In this document: in pieces, positions 21,313 to 30,474 of the stretch
Layout: each line of letters starts with the position of its first letter
Position numbering within the stretch: the stretch's first letter is position 1
DNA from: Deltaproteobacteria bacterium TL4
GTDB taxonomy: Bacteria; SAR324; NAC60-12
Direction: 5' to 3'
DNA length: 64,000 nucleotides
Assembly: GCA_051382335.1 (NCBI GenBank)
Contig: JBBCAX010000033.1
Span: 49,123 to 113,122 of the forward strand
Made by a program: the position numbers and the translations under genes
The notes under the pieces: model-generated
What the model was told of the DNA's origin: nothing
Seen by the model: only the letters and a program-made list of their open reading frames with translations
Database searches by the model: none

Positions 21313-21846
21313 ATCGCTTTTTGTGTAATGAGACCCATCTATGGGGTTTTTAGAACTCTGCTGGGATGATGAAACTGAATATCATCCGGTGTCCCGTAAT
21401 TGATCCGTATTTACTGCCTTATAATTAAGGCTGTCTCTCTTGATCTCAAAGCAATTTTTTACTTTTAAAAAGAAGCTGTAAACTTTACCGATTTTTTGTG
21501 TTTTTATCTTTGAAGTATTCGGTTGTAGAATTGAAATGACTTGTTTTTGTGGAGTAAGAATCGTTTCTTGTTTTGAGGGAGAGGGCGATTGTTCAGAGAT
21601 TTCGCGAGGCTTTCGATACTGATCAGCCAACATTTTTCTTTTCGCATGTGCGGATTTTCCCAAGTTTTTCTGCCGCTAATCACTAGGATCTGTCGCTTTG
21701 GTGTGAAGCATGGCCTGGTAAATCACCGAGGGGGTGGTGGGTGCTGCTATTGCGGCAGCGACCAAAATAAAGGTGGTAAATCCGCTTTTATTATGAAGGC
21801 CTTGCCTGGCCTTTAATTTGCCAAAGGTGGATTCAAGGCTTTCGAG

Positions 21847-21999
21847 CTGTGCAGGTGGTTTGAAAATTAACCACGAAAAACACGAAAAACACGAAATAAA
21901 TGATTTTTTAATAAATGAATTCCTCCGTGAAACCCTATTTTGCAGGTTTTATTTCGTGTTTTTAGTGTTTTTCGTGGTTAAAAAAAGGTACCTGCACAG
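21847..21999. repeat. MITE-like element: ~52-bp terminal inverted repeats around a ~47-bp centre
   Basis: The left arm is CTGTGCAGGTGGTTTGAAAATTAACCACGAAAAACACGAAAAACACGAAATAAA. The right arm is TTTATTTCGTGTTTTTAGTGTTTTTCGTGGTTAAAAAAAGGTACCTGCACAG, which is its near-exact reverse complement. The 9-bp unit CACGAAAAA is tandemly tripled inside each arm. Confidence 0.7.
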
Positions 22000-22021
22000 G
22001 TGGCAATTATTTACTTAAATG

Positions 22022-22056
22022 TGGTTGGGGTAAGGAGACTCGAACTCCTGACCTCT
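22022..22056 (-). other. 3' tRNA gene fragment (variable loop + T-arm + acceptor 3' half + CCA), att-site-like remnant
   Basis: The minus-strand sense reads AGGTC-AGGAG-TTCGAGT-CTCCT-TACCCCA-A-CCA. That is a canonical 5-bp T-stem, 7-nt T-loop (TTCGAGT), 7-nt acceptor 3' half, discriminator and CCA. There is no matching 5' half (TGGGGTA) or anticodon arm upstream. Confidence 0.5.
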
Positions 22057-22074
22057 TCTTACCGAAAGTCGTTG

Positions 22075-23850
22075 ATGATGAACATACTGAACAATATAAG
22101 GGTAAAGACGTATCCATTGATTGGAGTGCTGTTACTTCTCCTCCACAGTTCCCTCCTATTTGCTCAAGGCGCCAATGATTGGGTAACGGTCAAGGATCAT
22201 GTGGTAGAAGTGGATACTCAAGGATGGATGTTTCCTGTCGAAATTGCTTTTGTCCCTAATCCTGGATCTCACCCTAAGGATCCCTTGTACTACGTGACTG
22301 AACTCAGAGGAACCATCAAAGTGGTGACCAACGATCGTACGATTCATACCTATGCCGAACATGTCAACGCTTACCGTCCTCCTTCAGAACTTCCCAATAC
22401 CAACGCTGAAATGGGGTTAACCGGCTTATGCCTGGATCCTGTTCATGGTTATCTTTTTGCCACCACGATCTATCCGAACAAGGGGTTGGTTTATAACAAG
22501 ATTGTTCGTTTTGAGCATGAAACGAATGAGTTTGCGCTCACACCTAAAACGTTTATTGAGTTCACTCGGATCTTTGAACAGGACGAATCGGGGCCTTCTC
22601 ACCAAATTGGAACTTGCGCGATTAACAGTCAAGGTCAGTTGTTTGTCGGTGTTGGCGACGGTCATACCGCATATAAATCTCAAGGCTTAGACAATCCCAA
22701 TGGCAAACTCTTAAGAATGAATCTCGATTTTTCCGCGCCTAAAGATAATCCTTTTTATAATTCGCTCAATCCCGATTCGGTGACCAACTATATTTACGCT
22801 TATGGTTTACGTAACCCTTATGGCGTCACTCTGGGTGAAAGGGATACCGTTTATGTTACCGATAATGGTCCGGATTGGGATCGGATGATTGAAGTGACGC
22901 CTGGGAAAAATTATTTATGGGATGGAGATAATCGAAGTATGATCAGTGACGGTTTCTGGGATTGGCACGGTTCTGTTGGACCTGCGGGGTTAAGCTACAT
23001 TGGAAAATCAGCCAGGTTTCCTTATTGGGAAGATCGCTTGCTGGTGGCTCAAGGCGGAACCATTGGAGAGCTGGGACCCAGCAAAAATGGTAAAATCACG
23101 ATTAATAGTTTCAAGGTCAAACCCGGAATGGGCTTACAGCAACGTCCCGAAACCTTAGTTTGGTTCCGAGGCAATTATCAGCAACTCTTGGTTCCCGTTG
23201 TGCTTGGACCGGATGGCATTTATTTTTCCGGATTCTTTCCGAACGCTCAGGGCGAGACCTATATTTTGAAGATCATTCGTCGGGAAGGTGCCATTTCAGA
23301 GGAAAGGACACTTTCTGGCGCGCAAATTTATGAACAAAAAGGCTGTGCTGGCTGTCATAAAATCAATGCTATTGGTGGAAGCATGGGGCCTGCGTTGGAC
23401 GGGTTAGTGGAACGTTTGAAGCAAAAACTCTTTTCAAAAGAATACGAAGCTCAATTGGTTGAAGTCGATAAAGTTACAACCAAACCCCATGTTGATTACC
23501 AAAAACAACGACAAACGCTACGAGGCTTGAAAGGCGATGAAAAAATCAAGGTTTGGCTTCATTATCACTTAACGGAACCTCGGTTTGATGTCTTGCTCTC
23601 CCAAATGCCAAATCTCCCCTTGAGTGATTACGAACGAGCTCAGATGGTACAATATCTAATGACCTTGAAAAACGCCCAACGCTCAAGATTAACACCGATG
23701 CAAGAATGGCATCGGCAGTTTAAAGCCTGGTGGGATACTGATTATAACGCCCGTCCTACCGTTGGTTTCGTTGTAGGATGCCTTTTTGTTTTGTGTGTTC
23801 AGCTTTTCGTCCGTAAAATTCGAAAACGCTTCCGATTTTCGCGGAACTAA
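22075..23850 (+). CDS. PQQ-dependent sugar (glucose/sorbosone) dehydrogenase beta-propeller fused to a C-terminal cytochrome c domain
   Basis: It has a signal peptide (MMNILNNIRVKTYPLIGVLLLLLHSSLLFAQG). The GSDH-family motifs are DNPNGKLLRMN...DNPF and YAYGLRNPYG. The C-terminus has CAGCH heme-binding (CxxCH). The start is set downstream of the tRNA fragment. Confidence 0.75.
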   Translation: MMNILNNIRVKTYPLIGVLLLLLHSSLLFAQGANDWVTVKDHVVEVDTQGWMFPVEIAFVPNPGSHPKDPLYYVTELRGTIKVVTNDRTIHTYAEHVNAYRPPSELPNTNAEMGLTGLCLDPVHGYLFATTIYPNKGLVYNKIVRFEHETNEFALTPKTFIEFTRIFEQDESGPSHQIGTCAINSQGQLFVGVGDGHTAYKSQGLDNPNGKLLRMNLDFSAPKDNPFYNSLNPDSVTNYIYAYGLRNPYGVTLGERDTVYVTDNGPDWDRMIEVTPGKNYLWDGDNRSMISDGFWDWHGSVGPAGLSYIGKSARFPYWEDRLLVAQGGTIGELGPSKNGKITINSFKVKPGMGLQQRPETLVWFRGNYQQLLVPVVLGPDGIYFSGFFPNAQGETYILKIIRREGAISEERTLSGAQIYEQKGCAGCHKINAIGGSMGPALDGLVERLKQKLFSKEYEAQLVEVDKVTTKPHVDYQKQRQTLRGLKGDEKIKVWLHYHLTEPRFDVLLSQMPNLPLSDYERAQMVQYLMTLKNAQRSRLTPMQEWHRQFKAWWDTDYNARPTVGFVVGCLFVLCVQLFVRKIRKRFRFSRN

Positions 23851-23969
23851 CGGTTTTACGGGTTTGAAAGCTTCTTTGAATCGACATTGAAAACAGTGGT
23901 CTCCTAATCGAGTAACGTTTGAAATTAAGTAATAGACGTGTTATCCCTGATAAGCGTAAGGAGGTGGAT

Positions 23970-24182
23970 ATGTTGGCGATACGATTACCGGATGAAATTG
24001 ATCAGCGTTTAAGTACTTTAGCAAATAAAACAGGTCGTACAAAAACGTATTGTGCTAAAGAAGCAATTTTGAAATATTTGGAAGAAATGGAAGAGACTTA
24101 TATCGCCATTGAAAGATTGGAAACACCAGAAAAGCGATGGACACTCGGAGAATTGGAGCAAGAACGTGATTTGGAGTGTTGA
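23970..24182 (+). CDS. relB: type II antitoxin, RelB/DinJ (ribbon-helix-helix) family
   Basis: MLAIRLPDEIDQRLSTLANKTGRTKTYCAKEAILKYLEEMEE is a typical RHH antitoxin sequence. It has an AGGAGGTGG Shine-Dalgarno before the ATG at 23970. It overlaps the downstream toxin gene. Confidence 0.7.
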   Translation: MLAIRLPDEIDQRLSTLANKTGRTKTYCAKEAILKYLEEMEETYIAIERLETPEKRWTLGELEQERDLEC

Positions 24183-24453
24183 ATTTGACGATCGTGCACG
24201 TCGAGAACTCCGGAAACTTGATAAACAGGCTCAACAAGAGATTCTAAGTTACCTAAGGGAAAAAATAGCCACATCAGAAGATGTTAAACGTTTTGGGAAG
24301 CCTTTAGTTGCCGATAAACAAGGATTGTGGCGTTACCGCATTAGTGATTATCGGATCATTTGTAGAATAGAAAATGAGCAACTTGTTGTTTTGGTTGTCA
24401 GGGTAGGACATCGAAAAAATGTTTATGAGAACAAGCTTAATGATTCGATCTAA
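24166..24453 (+). CDS. relE: type II toxin, RelE/ParE family mRNA interferase
   Basis: VIWSVEFDDRARRELRKLDKQAQQEI...GKPLVADKQGLWRYRISDYRIICRIENEQLVVLVVRVGHRKNVY matches the RelE/YoeB fold signature. The GTG start overlaps the antitoxin stop. Confidence 0.75.
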   Translation: MIWSVEFDDRARRELRKLDKQAQQEILSYLREKIATSEDVKRFGKPLVADKQGLWRYRISDYRIICRIENEQLVVLVVRVGHRKNVYENKLNDSI

Positions 24454-24595
24454 AATTTGTTTGGTCTTTACCTTCTGTCGATTTTTTCCAATCCTTGGCA
24501 TGAAGCAACATCCTACATTGTCATTTCAAAAATAAAAAACAGGCCCCGTTTTGATGTCAAGGCGTCGTCCCTCTCAAAATTAGGAGAAATTCATC

Positions 24596-27313
24596 ATGAG
24601 CACCATAACCCAAACCATGAATATTCATGGGATGACCTGTAGTTCTTGTGCTGTTAACATAGAACGAACCGTGAACAAGCTTCAGGGAATCCAGGAGGCC
24701 AATGTTAATTTTGCGACAGAACAACTCCGAGTAACCTTCAATACCGAGGAGATGTCTTCAGAAACGATCATTGAAGCCATTTCCAGCGCCGGGTATAACG
24801 CGGAGATTCCTCAAGAAGGGACGTCCTTGATGTTTACGGTAACAGGGATGACCTGTGCTTCATGTGTCCGGCATGTAGAACAGGCGTTAACTCAACTTGA
24901 CGGTGTGATTGCGGCCAATGTCAATTTAGCAAGTGAACGTGTTCGCATTGATTATCATCCGGCTCAGGTTCGAGTGGATGATCTGAAACAAGCGGTGAGT
25001 CAGGCAGGGTATCAGTTGATTGAGATGCTTGCTGAAAACCAGGGTCGTGAAGAAATTCGACGTGAGCGGGAATTGAAGCTTCTTTTAGCCAAGTTATCAA
25101 TTTCAATGATATTTGCGATTCCGTTAGTGTTCATTGCCATGTCAGAAATGCTCGGAATTTCCTTACCCTCTTTCATCAACCCTGATACAAATCCATTAAA
25201 CTATGCTTTAATTCAGTTGGCGTTAATCCTTCCTATCCTGGGAGCCGGCTTTCATTTTTACACAAAAGGTTTTGGCACCTTGTTTCGTTTACATCCGAAT
25301 ATGGATTCATTGATTGCGGTGGGAACCTCTGCTGCCGTAGGGTCCAGTGCCTGGAATACCTTGCAGATTTTCAAGGGGCATTCTGAATTGGTAATGAGTT
25401 TGTATTATGAAACTGCGGGAGTGATCATTGCGCTGATCCTGCTTGGAAAATATATGGAATCTGTGAGTAAAAGCAGAACCTCAGGCGCTATCAAAGAGTT
25501 GATGGGACTGCAACCCAAAACGGCGCTGATCTTGGAAGACGGAAAGGAGCGGGAAGTTGCTATTGAAGAGGTGCGGGTTGGAGACATACTGTTGGTGAAG
25601 CCGGGTGAAAGGATCCCGGTTGACGGCGTTATTTTGGAAGGTAGAACCTCCGTTGATGAGTCTATGCTCACTGGAGAAAGTCTGCCTGTGGAGAAGAGCC
25701 GGGGCGATTCAGTGACTGGCGCAAGCATGAATCAAAATGGAGCCATTCAGTTCAGTGCGACTCATGTCGGTAAGGATACCGCTTTAGCTCAGATTATTAA
25801 ACTCGTTGAAGAGGCCCAGGGAAGTAAAGCGCCTATCGCGCGAATGGCGGATGTGATTTCCAGTTATTTTGTCCCTGTGGTCATGGCCATTGCTGTCCTC
25901 ACTGGCTTGGCCTGGTATTTTTTCAGTACCATGCCTGCTACCTTTGCGTTAATGATTTTCGTTTCGGTTTTAGTGATTGCCTGTCCCTGTGCCTTGGGAC
26001 TCGCGACACCAACTGCAATTATGGTGGGGACAGGGTGCGGAGCCTCTTTAGGAATTCTGATTAAAGGAGGAGAACCGCTTGAAGTGGCCAGCCGTATAAA
26101 AACCGTTGTTTTTGATAAAACCGGCACCCTGACAGAAGGCAAACCCAGGGTTACCGATATTCTGGCTTTTCATGCTCAGAATGCAGAAGAATTACTCAGC
26201 CTTGCGGCATCGGCAGAGCAAGGTTCCGAACATGCTTTAGGAGCAGCCATTCTTGAAGAAGCTCAGCAACGAGGACTGTCCTTGAAAAAAAGCACGGACT
26301 TCCAAGCGGTTCCAGGACAGGGAATTCAGGTGACGATTGGAGAACATGGAGTGATCCTGGGAAATCTAAAAATGATGCAGCAGCATCAGATCTTACAAGA
26401 AGAACATCCTGAAACTGAGCGGCTCGCGAAAGAGGGCAAAACCCCTATGTACCTTGTCGTAGACGGTGTGTTTGTCGGGATTATAGCTGTGGCCGATGTG
26501 GTAAAATCAGACAGCGCGGTTGCCATCGCGAAGTTACATGAAATGGGAATCAGGACCGTTATGTTGACCGGAGATAATCAACAGACAGCACAAGCTATTG
26601 CAAAACAAGTGGGCATTGACCACGTAGTTGCCCAAGTTCTGCCAGGAGAAAAATCCGCAAAAATCAAAGCGCTACAAAACAATGGTGAAAAGGTTGCGAT
26701 GGTAGGAGATGGAATCAACGATGCGCCTGCTTTAATACAAGCTGACTTGGGAATCGCAATCGGGTCAGGAACCGATGTCGCCATGGAATCGGCCCAGATT
26801 GTTTTAATGAAAAATAGCTTGCTGGGTGTTGTGACCGCGATTCAATTAAGCAGGGCGACACTCCGAAATATCAAGCAAAACCTGTTTTGGGCGTTTGCTT
26901 ACAATAGTGCGGGAATTCCCATTGCCGCAGGGGTACTCTTTTTATTTGGAGGGCCGACCTTAAATCCAATGATTGCCGCGGCAGCAATGGCGATGAGTTC
27001 CGTTTCTGTGGTGAGCAACGCACTGCGGTTAAGACGGTTTCAACCGGAATCCTTTTCTGTTCCGCTGCATTCACTCTCTTCATCTTTAACTAAGGAGCTT
27101 CTTATGAAAAAAGTAATAAGTATTAATGGCATGACATGTAAAAATTGCGCGAGGCATGTTACCGAAGCATTGAATAAATTGGATAATATCACTTCCGTTG
27201 TGGTGAATCTGGATCAAAAAAATGCCGTTGTTGAATCCAGTGCGGATATAAATAATACTGTATTGACTGCCGCCGTCACCAATGCCGGGTACACGGTAAC
27301 AGGGATTCGATAA
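24596..27313 (+). CDS. copA: copper-translocating P1B-type ATPase with two N-terminal and one C-terminal heavy-metal-associated (HMA) domains
   Basis: It has [12 protein letters not shown] and [15 protein letters not shown] motifs, a CPC ion-transduction motif ([12 protein letters not shown]), DKTGTLT phosphorylation site, the TGES actuator motif and [10 protein letters not shown]. The C-terminal 69 aa form a third HMA ([11 protein letters not shown]). Confidence 0.9.
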   Translation: MSTITQTMNIHGMTCSSCAVNIERTVNKLQGIQEANVNFATEQLRVTFNTEEMSSETIIEAISSAGYNAEIPQEGTSLMFTVTGMTCASCVRHVEQALTQLDGVIAANVNLASERVRIDYHPAQVRVDDLKQAVSQAGYQLIEMLAENQGREEIRRERELKLLLAKLSISMIFAIPLVFIAMSEMLGISLPSFINPDTNPLNYALIQLALILPILGAGFHFYTKGFGTLFRLHPNMDSLIAVGTSAAVGSSAWNTLQIFKGHSELVMSLYYETAGVIIALILLGKYMESVSKSRTSGAIKELMGLQPKTALILEDGKEREVAIEEVRVGDILLVKPGERIPVDGVILEGRTSVDESMLTGESLPVEKSRGDSVTGASMNQNGAIQFSATHVGKDTALAQIIKLVEEAQGSKAPIARMADVISSYFVPVVMAIAVLTGLAWYFFSTMPATFALMIFVSVLVIACPCALGLATPTAIMVGTGCGASLGILIKGGEPLEVASRIKTVVFDKTGTLTEGKPRVTDILAFHAQNAEELLSLAASAEQGSEHALGAAILEEAQQRGLSLKKSTDFQAVPGQGIQVTIGEHGVILGNLKMMQQHQILQEEHPETERLAKEGKTPMYLVVDGVFVGIIAVADVVKSDSAVAIAKLHEMGIRTVMLTGDNQQTAQAIAKQVGIDHVVAQVLPGEKSAKIKALQNNGEKVAMVGDGINDAPALIQADLGIAIGSGTDVAMESAQIVLMKNSLLGVVTAIQLSRATLRNIKQNLFWAFAYNSAGIPIAAGVLFLFGGPTLNPMIAAAAMAMSSVSVVSNALRLRRFQPESFSVPLHSLSSSLTKELLMKKVISINGMTCKNCARHVTEALNKLDNITSVVVNLDQKNAVVESSADINNTVLTAAVTNAGYTVTGIR

Positions 27314-27348
27314 AGAATGCAGGTTGGATTAAAAAACACTTACGGCAG

Positions 27349-27369
27349 CAGCGCCTTATTACGGCGCTG
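27349..27369. terminator. stem-loop between convergent copA and FadL-like genes (possible bidirectional terminator)
   Basis: CAGCGCC-ttattac-GGCGCTG is a 7-bp perfect stem. A T6 run lies about 12 nt away on the minus strand, and there is no U tract on the plus strand, so this is weak. Confidence 0.3.
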
Positions 27370-27411
27370 AAAACAGATTACGGTGACAACCCATGGAAAC
27401 CTCAGGGACTG

Positions 27412-28941
27412 CTAATACATTCGATGATAGGTAAACATACCGAAAGCGGCAAATCCTCTATAAATTCCTGTCAATGGGGTTTCATAGATTCCATATTGTT
27501 TGGTGTTTTGCTGTCCATCAAGATCCGAGAACTTCCACAAGGCGGCTCCCAAGCTAACACTTTCAATATCGGAGAACGCATATTCTATGGCACCTCCAAC
27601 GGTCCACATGCCTCCAAGAGGAACTAGAGGAGAAACATACTCGGGTGTATTCGGATCCCCTTCTTTTGAGAAACCACCTCGTAAGATAATTCTTTCATTC
27701 ATGTGGAACGCTCCTCCAAATCCCCAGGTCAGCGTATCGACGAACCCGGTTTCAATGGGAATTTGATCTCCACTATCATAACCCGCAAGAATGAGTGCTC
27801 CACTAGGCGTATCGAGATCTACTGTAATGCCGCTAAACACGGAATATCCCATTTGTGTCAGCCTAAACTCCACTTCATATTTCGGGTGATCCGGATCGTC
27901 TTTCCAACCAAAACCTGTCTCCAAGTGCCAAGGAAACGTCAGACTAACCTTGGCGACGGAGTCTCTCAAGTACAGATTTTCCAACGCGGAAATACTGGCA
28001 ATCTTTCCCACGCTTCGCAACGCCCATAACAAACTTTCTCCTTCAGGTGTGACAAAAAACTGAATTTCGCCATCCATGTTTACTGGAATGGCTGTATTAT
28101 AATTCGCGGCAAAAAACAGAGAGCCCAGACTTCCCAAGTCGGTACTTCCCAGATAAGAACCATTGAAGTTATAAGAAAAGCCATGCGCCTGTACTACAAT
28201 CTTGTCATTCAGCTTAATAACCGGAGCTTTGGATAAAATATTCATGACCCCCTGTGACTGTAAAACAGACAAGGCGTCCTCATCACTAATATTGGTCGCC
28301 AGAGGTCCTATGATCTGCTTTCCAAAAGATACCAATTCCTGCATGTAGATGGGATTGGTTTGCTCCATGGTGACACCGTTACGTCGGTAGTTCATCACAT
28401 CAGCGTACAAGGTGATGCCTACAGCGACAGAATGGTTTTCATTAAGCTCATAAGCCGCGCTAAAGTTGCCTCCAAGGGCGGCAAGCAGTACGTCTTGAAT
28501 GAGACCATTTCCTGCCCATTCCCGATCAAATTTCAAGGCTGCGGCAAAACGGGGTTTAAAAGAAAAACCATAAGCCATGTCCTCTTTAACGTAGGCGTAA
28601 TGAAACATAGGCAGAGGCAGGGGTTCAATGTATGTTTTTTCATTTTCAACAGGGCCAACCACCTCGTTACCATTGCTATCATAAGTGACTTCTTGACCTT
28701 CCCATTCTACTTGAAATATGGCCAGCGCTCCACCTGCACTGATATGCGTTCCCGGTTGCAAGCGCATCATTCCCGCTGGATTGACAGAGTTTATTTCCGC
28801 ATGACTGGGCATCGTCATGATGGCGTTGGCCTGTCCAAACTGGTTTGCGCTATAGACGGGGGTATAAGGGCCTGCTCCATAAAGAGAAAAAGGAATCAAG
28901 GCCAATAACAGTACTAGTCCTAAACAATTGGAACGTTGCAT
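27412..28941 (-). CDS. outer-membrane transport protein, FadL/OmpP1/TodX family
   Basis: It has a signal peptide and an NPAG(M) hatch motif near the N-terminus (INSVNPAGMMRL), as in FadL. The 509-aa size and aromatic C-terminus fit a beta-barrel. Confidence 0.65.
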   Translation of the reverse strand: MQRSNCLGLVLLLALIPFSLYGAGPYTPVYSANQFGQANAIMTMPSHAEINSVNPAGMMRLQPGTHISAGGALAIFQVEWEGQEVTYDSNGNEVVGPVENEKTYIEPLPLPMFHYAYVKEDMAYGFSFKPRFAAALKFDREWAGNGLIQDVLLAALGGNFSAAYELNENHSVAVGITLYADVMNYRRNGVTMEQTNPIYMQELVSFGKQIIGPLATNISDEDALSVLQSQGVMNILSKAPVIKLNDKIVVQAHGFSYNFNGSYLGSTDLGSLGSLFFAANYNTAIPVNMDGEIQFFVTPEGESLLWALRSVGKIASISALENLYLRDSVAKVSLTFPWHLETGFGWKDDPDHPKYEVEFRLTQMGYSVFSGITVDLDTPSGALILAGYDSGDQIPIETGFVDTLTWGFGGAFHMNERIILRGGFSKEGDPNTPEYVSPLVPLGGMWTVGGAIEYAFSDIESVSLGAALWKFSDLDGQQNTKQYGIYETPLTGIYRGFAAFGMFTYHRMY

Positions 28942-29175
28942 AGATGCTCCATCAGAAAGTGGTGAATTATTATAAGGGTCTGTATTCCTCTTAAGCGCTA
29001 CAACAGTTAAGTGTCAAGATAATGCCGGCTTTTTATCGTAAGAAAGTTGCTCAACAAGTTGTCCCCTCTTTTCTAAATACCCAATTTTTTCTCAATGGTG
29101 TGGCGAAGTGGAATCAAAGGAAGGCGTATGCCGGGTTGCTGAAACAGGCTCGTAAGTCAGGAATGGACTCTTTGA

Positions 29176-30465
29176 TTATGAAAACTTTATTTTGAAGGAA
29201 GTGCCCTTTGCTCTGTCTATCTCGATTGTCCCCTTGAGTTGGTCTGTTAAAATATTGACTAATTGTAACCCCAATGCCTCAGTTTCCCGGATGTCCAAGT
29301 CTTGAGGCAATCCCATCCCATTATCACTGACCAAAAGAGTGTATAGTCCTTCATTATCTTGAAAAAAGCTTATCTGGACTGTTCCTTTTTCTCCTTCTTT
29401 GAATGCGTGTTTAAACACGTTGGACAGTAACTCGTTGATGATCAAACCACAGGGAATGGCCTTTTGAATGTCTAAAGAAACTTCCAAAACTTTTTTGGTG
29501 ATCGTAATTCGCTCTGGAACTGAAATATAAGAGGCCAGTAAGGCATTGGTTAACTCGTTGATAAATTGATTAAAATCGATCTTGGAAAAATCAGAGGTTT
29601 TATAAAGTTTTTCATGAATGAGTACCATGGTCTGGATACGATTCTGCGTTTCAAGGAATAATTCAACATCATTGCGATTTTTTACTTTGGGGATCTGCAG
29701 TTTGAGAAAAGCCGCAACCATCGCCATATTATTTTTTACTCGATGATGAACTTCCTGCAACAGCACTTCTTTTTCTTTGAGCGAATTTTGGAGTCTCTGT
29801 TCTGCACGCCTGCGTTCCTCAATTTCCTGATGGAGTTTCTCATTGGTTATTTTTAGTTCGCTGGTCCTTTCTTCTACGCGAATTTCCAATTGATCATGGG
29901 CTTTTTGTAATTCCTCATGGGCTTTTTGAAGTGCATCCTTAGTTTGCGTTAATAGTCGGTTCGTCGCTTCATATTGCTGGGCCTTATGGGTTGTCATTCC
30001 TAATTTTTCACTCAAAATCATTGCAAAAAGCCGATATAAAATATCTTTTAATTCTTTTGAATCAGAATCGGAATATTGACCGATATCCTGAGCCTGTAGA
30101 CTGAATAAATCGACAAAGCCGTTGGCAACAACCGTAGCAGAACAGGTTTTTTCGCTGATGACACTCATTTCTCCAAAAATATCACCGATCCGCTTGAGTG
30201 TTAAAATCAGTTCTCCTGAGGCATAGATGGAGACTTCTCCCCGCGTTAGAAAAAAAACTCTATCGTTAAACTGACCTTCTGATAAAATCTTATCGCCATC
30301 CGAGTATCGGTGTATTTTTACCAAGGGGATTAGGGATTTTAATCGCTCTTGATCTAGATGACCAAAGAGCCTTGAACGGCTTAAATAGGTTAAAACTTCC
30401 CTGTTTTCTTCAAACAAATGTTGATCCATTTCATTTTTCATAAGCCCGTTAGCAAGGAGAGACAT
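29176..30465 (-). CDS. cytoplasmic sensor histidine kinase with N-terminal cNMP-binding domain (HisKA_2/HWE-type H-box + HATPase_c)
   Basis: The cNMP-binding fold is FGHLDQERLKSLIPLVKIHRYSDGDKILSEGQ...GEVSIY...FGEMSVI. A coiled coil follows, then the H-box HHRVKNNMAMVAAFL and the ATPase G-boxes (DNGMGLP, GLGLQLV). Confidence 0.8.
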   Translation of the reverse strand: MSLLANGLMKNEMDQHLFEENREVLTYLSRSRLFGHLDQERLKSLIPLVKIHRYSDGDKILSEGQFNDRVFFLTRGEVSIYASGELILTLKRIGDIFGEMSVISEKTCSATVVANGFVDLFSLQAQDIGQYSDSDSKELKDILYRLFAMILSEKLGMTTHKAQQYEATNRLLTQTKDALQKAHEELQKAHDQLEIRVEERTSELKITNEKLHQEIEERRRAEQRLQNSLKEKEVLLQEVHHRVKNNMAMVAAFLKLQIPKVKNRNDVELFLETQNRIQTMVLIHEKLYKTSDFSKIDFNQFINELTNALLASYISVPERITITKKVLEVSLDIQKAIPCGLIINELLSNVFKHAFKEGEKGTVQISFFQDNEGLYTLLVSDNGMGLPQDLDIRETEALGLQLVNILTDQLKGTIEIDRAKGTSFKIKFS

Positions 30466-30474
30466 TGAAAATCT

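Noticed and set aside
21679-21852. 58-aa minus-strand peptide (…LESTFGKLKARQGL…FTTFILVAAAIAA…) faintly resembling the C-terminal tail of IS5/IS1182-family transposases, abutting the MITE-like element
   Set aside because: It is too short and the resemblance is from memory only. There is no upstream DDE region. I treat it as unsupported.
21589-22018. Plus-strand ORFs 21589-21816 and 21818-22018
   Set aside because: They are low-complexity translations of the AT-rich inverted-repeat element and its flank. They have no start context or motifs.
22000-22074. ORF-track start of the PQQ-dehydrogenase ORF at 22000 (MAIIYLNVVGVRRLELLTSS...)
   Set aside because: This extension is the translation of the tRNA-fragment scar. 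The signal peptide starts at the ATG at 22075, so the gene is trimmed to that start.
22022-22100. A complete tRNA gene at this locus
   Set aside because: The 5' acceptor strand (TGGGGTA) and a foldable anticodon arm are absent upstream of the T-arm. Only the 3' third is present.
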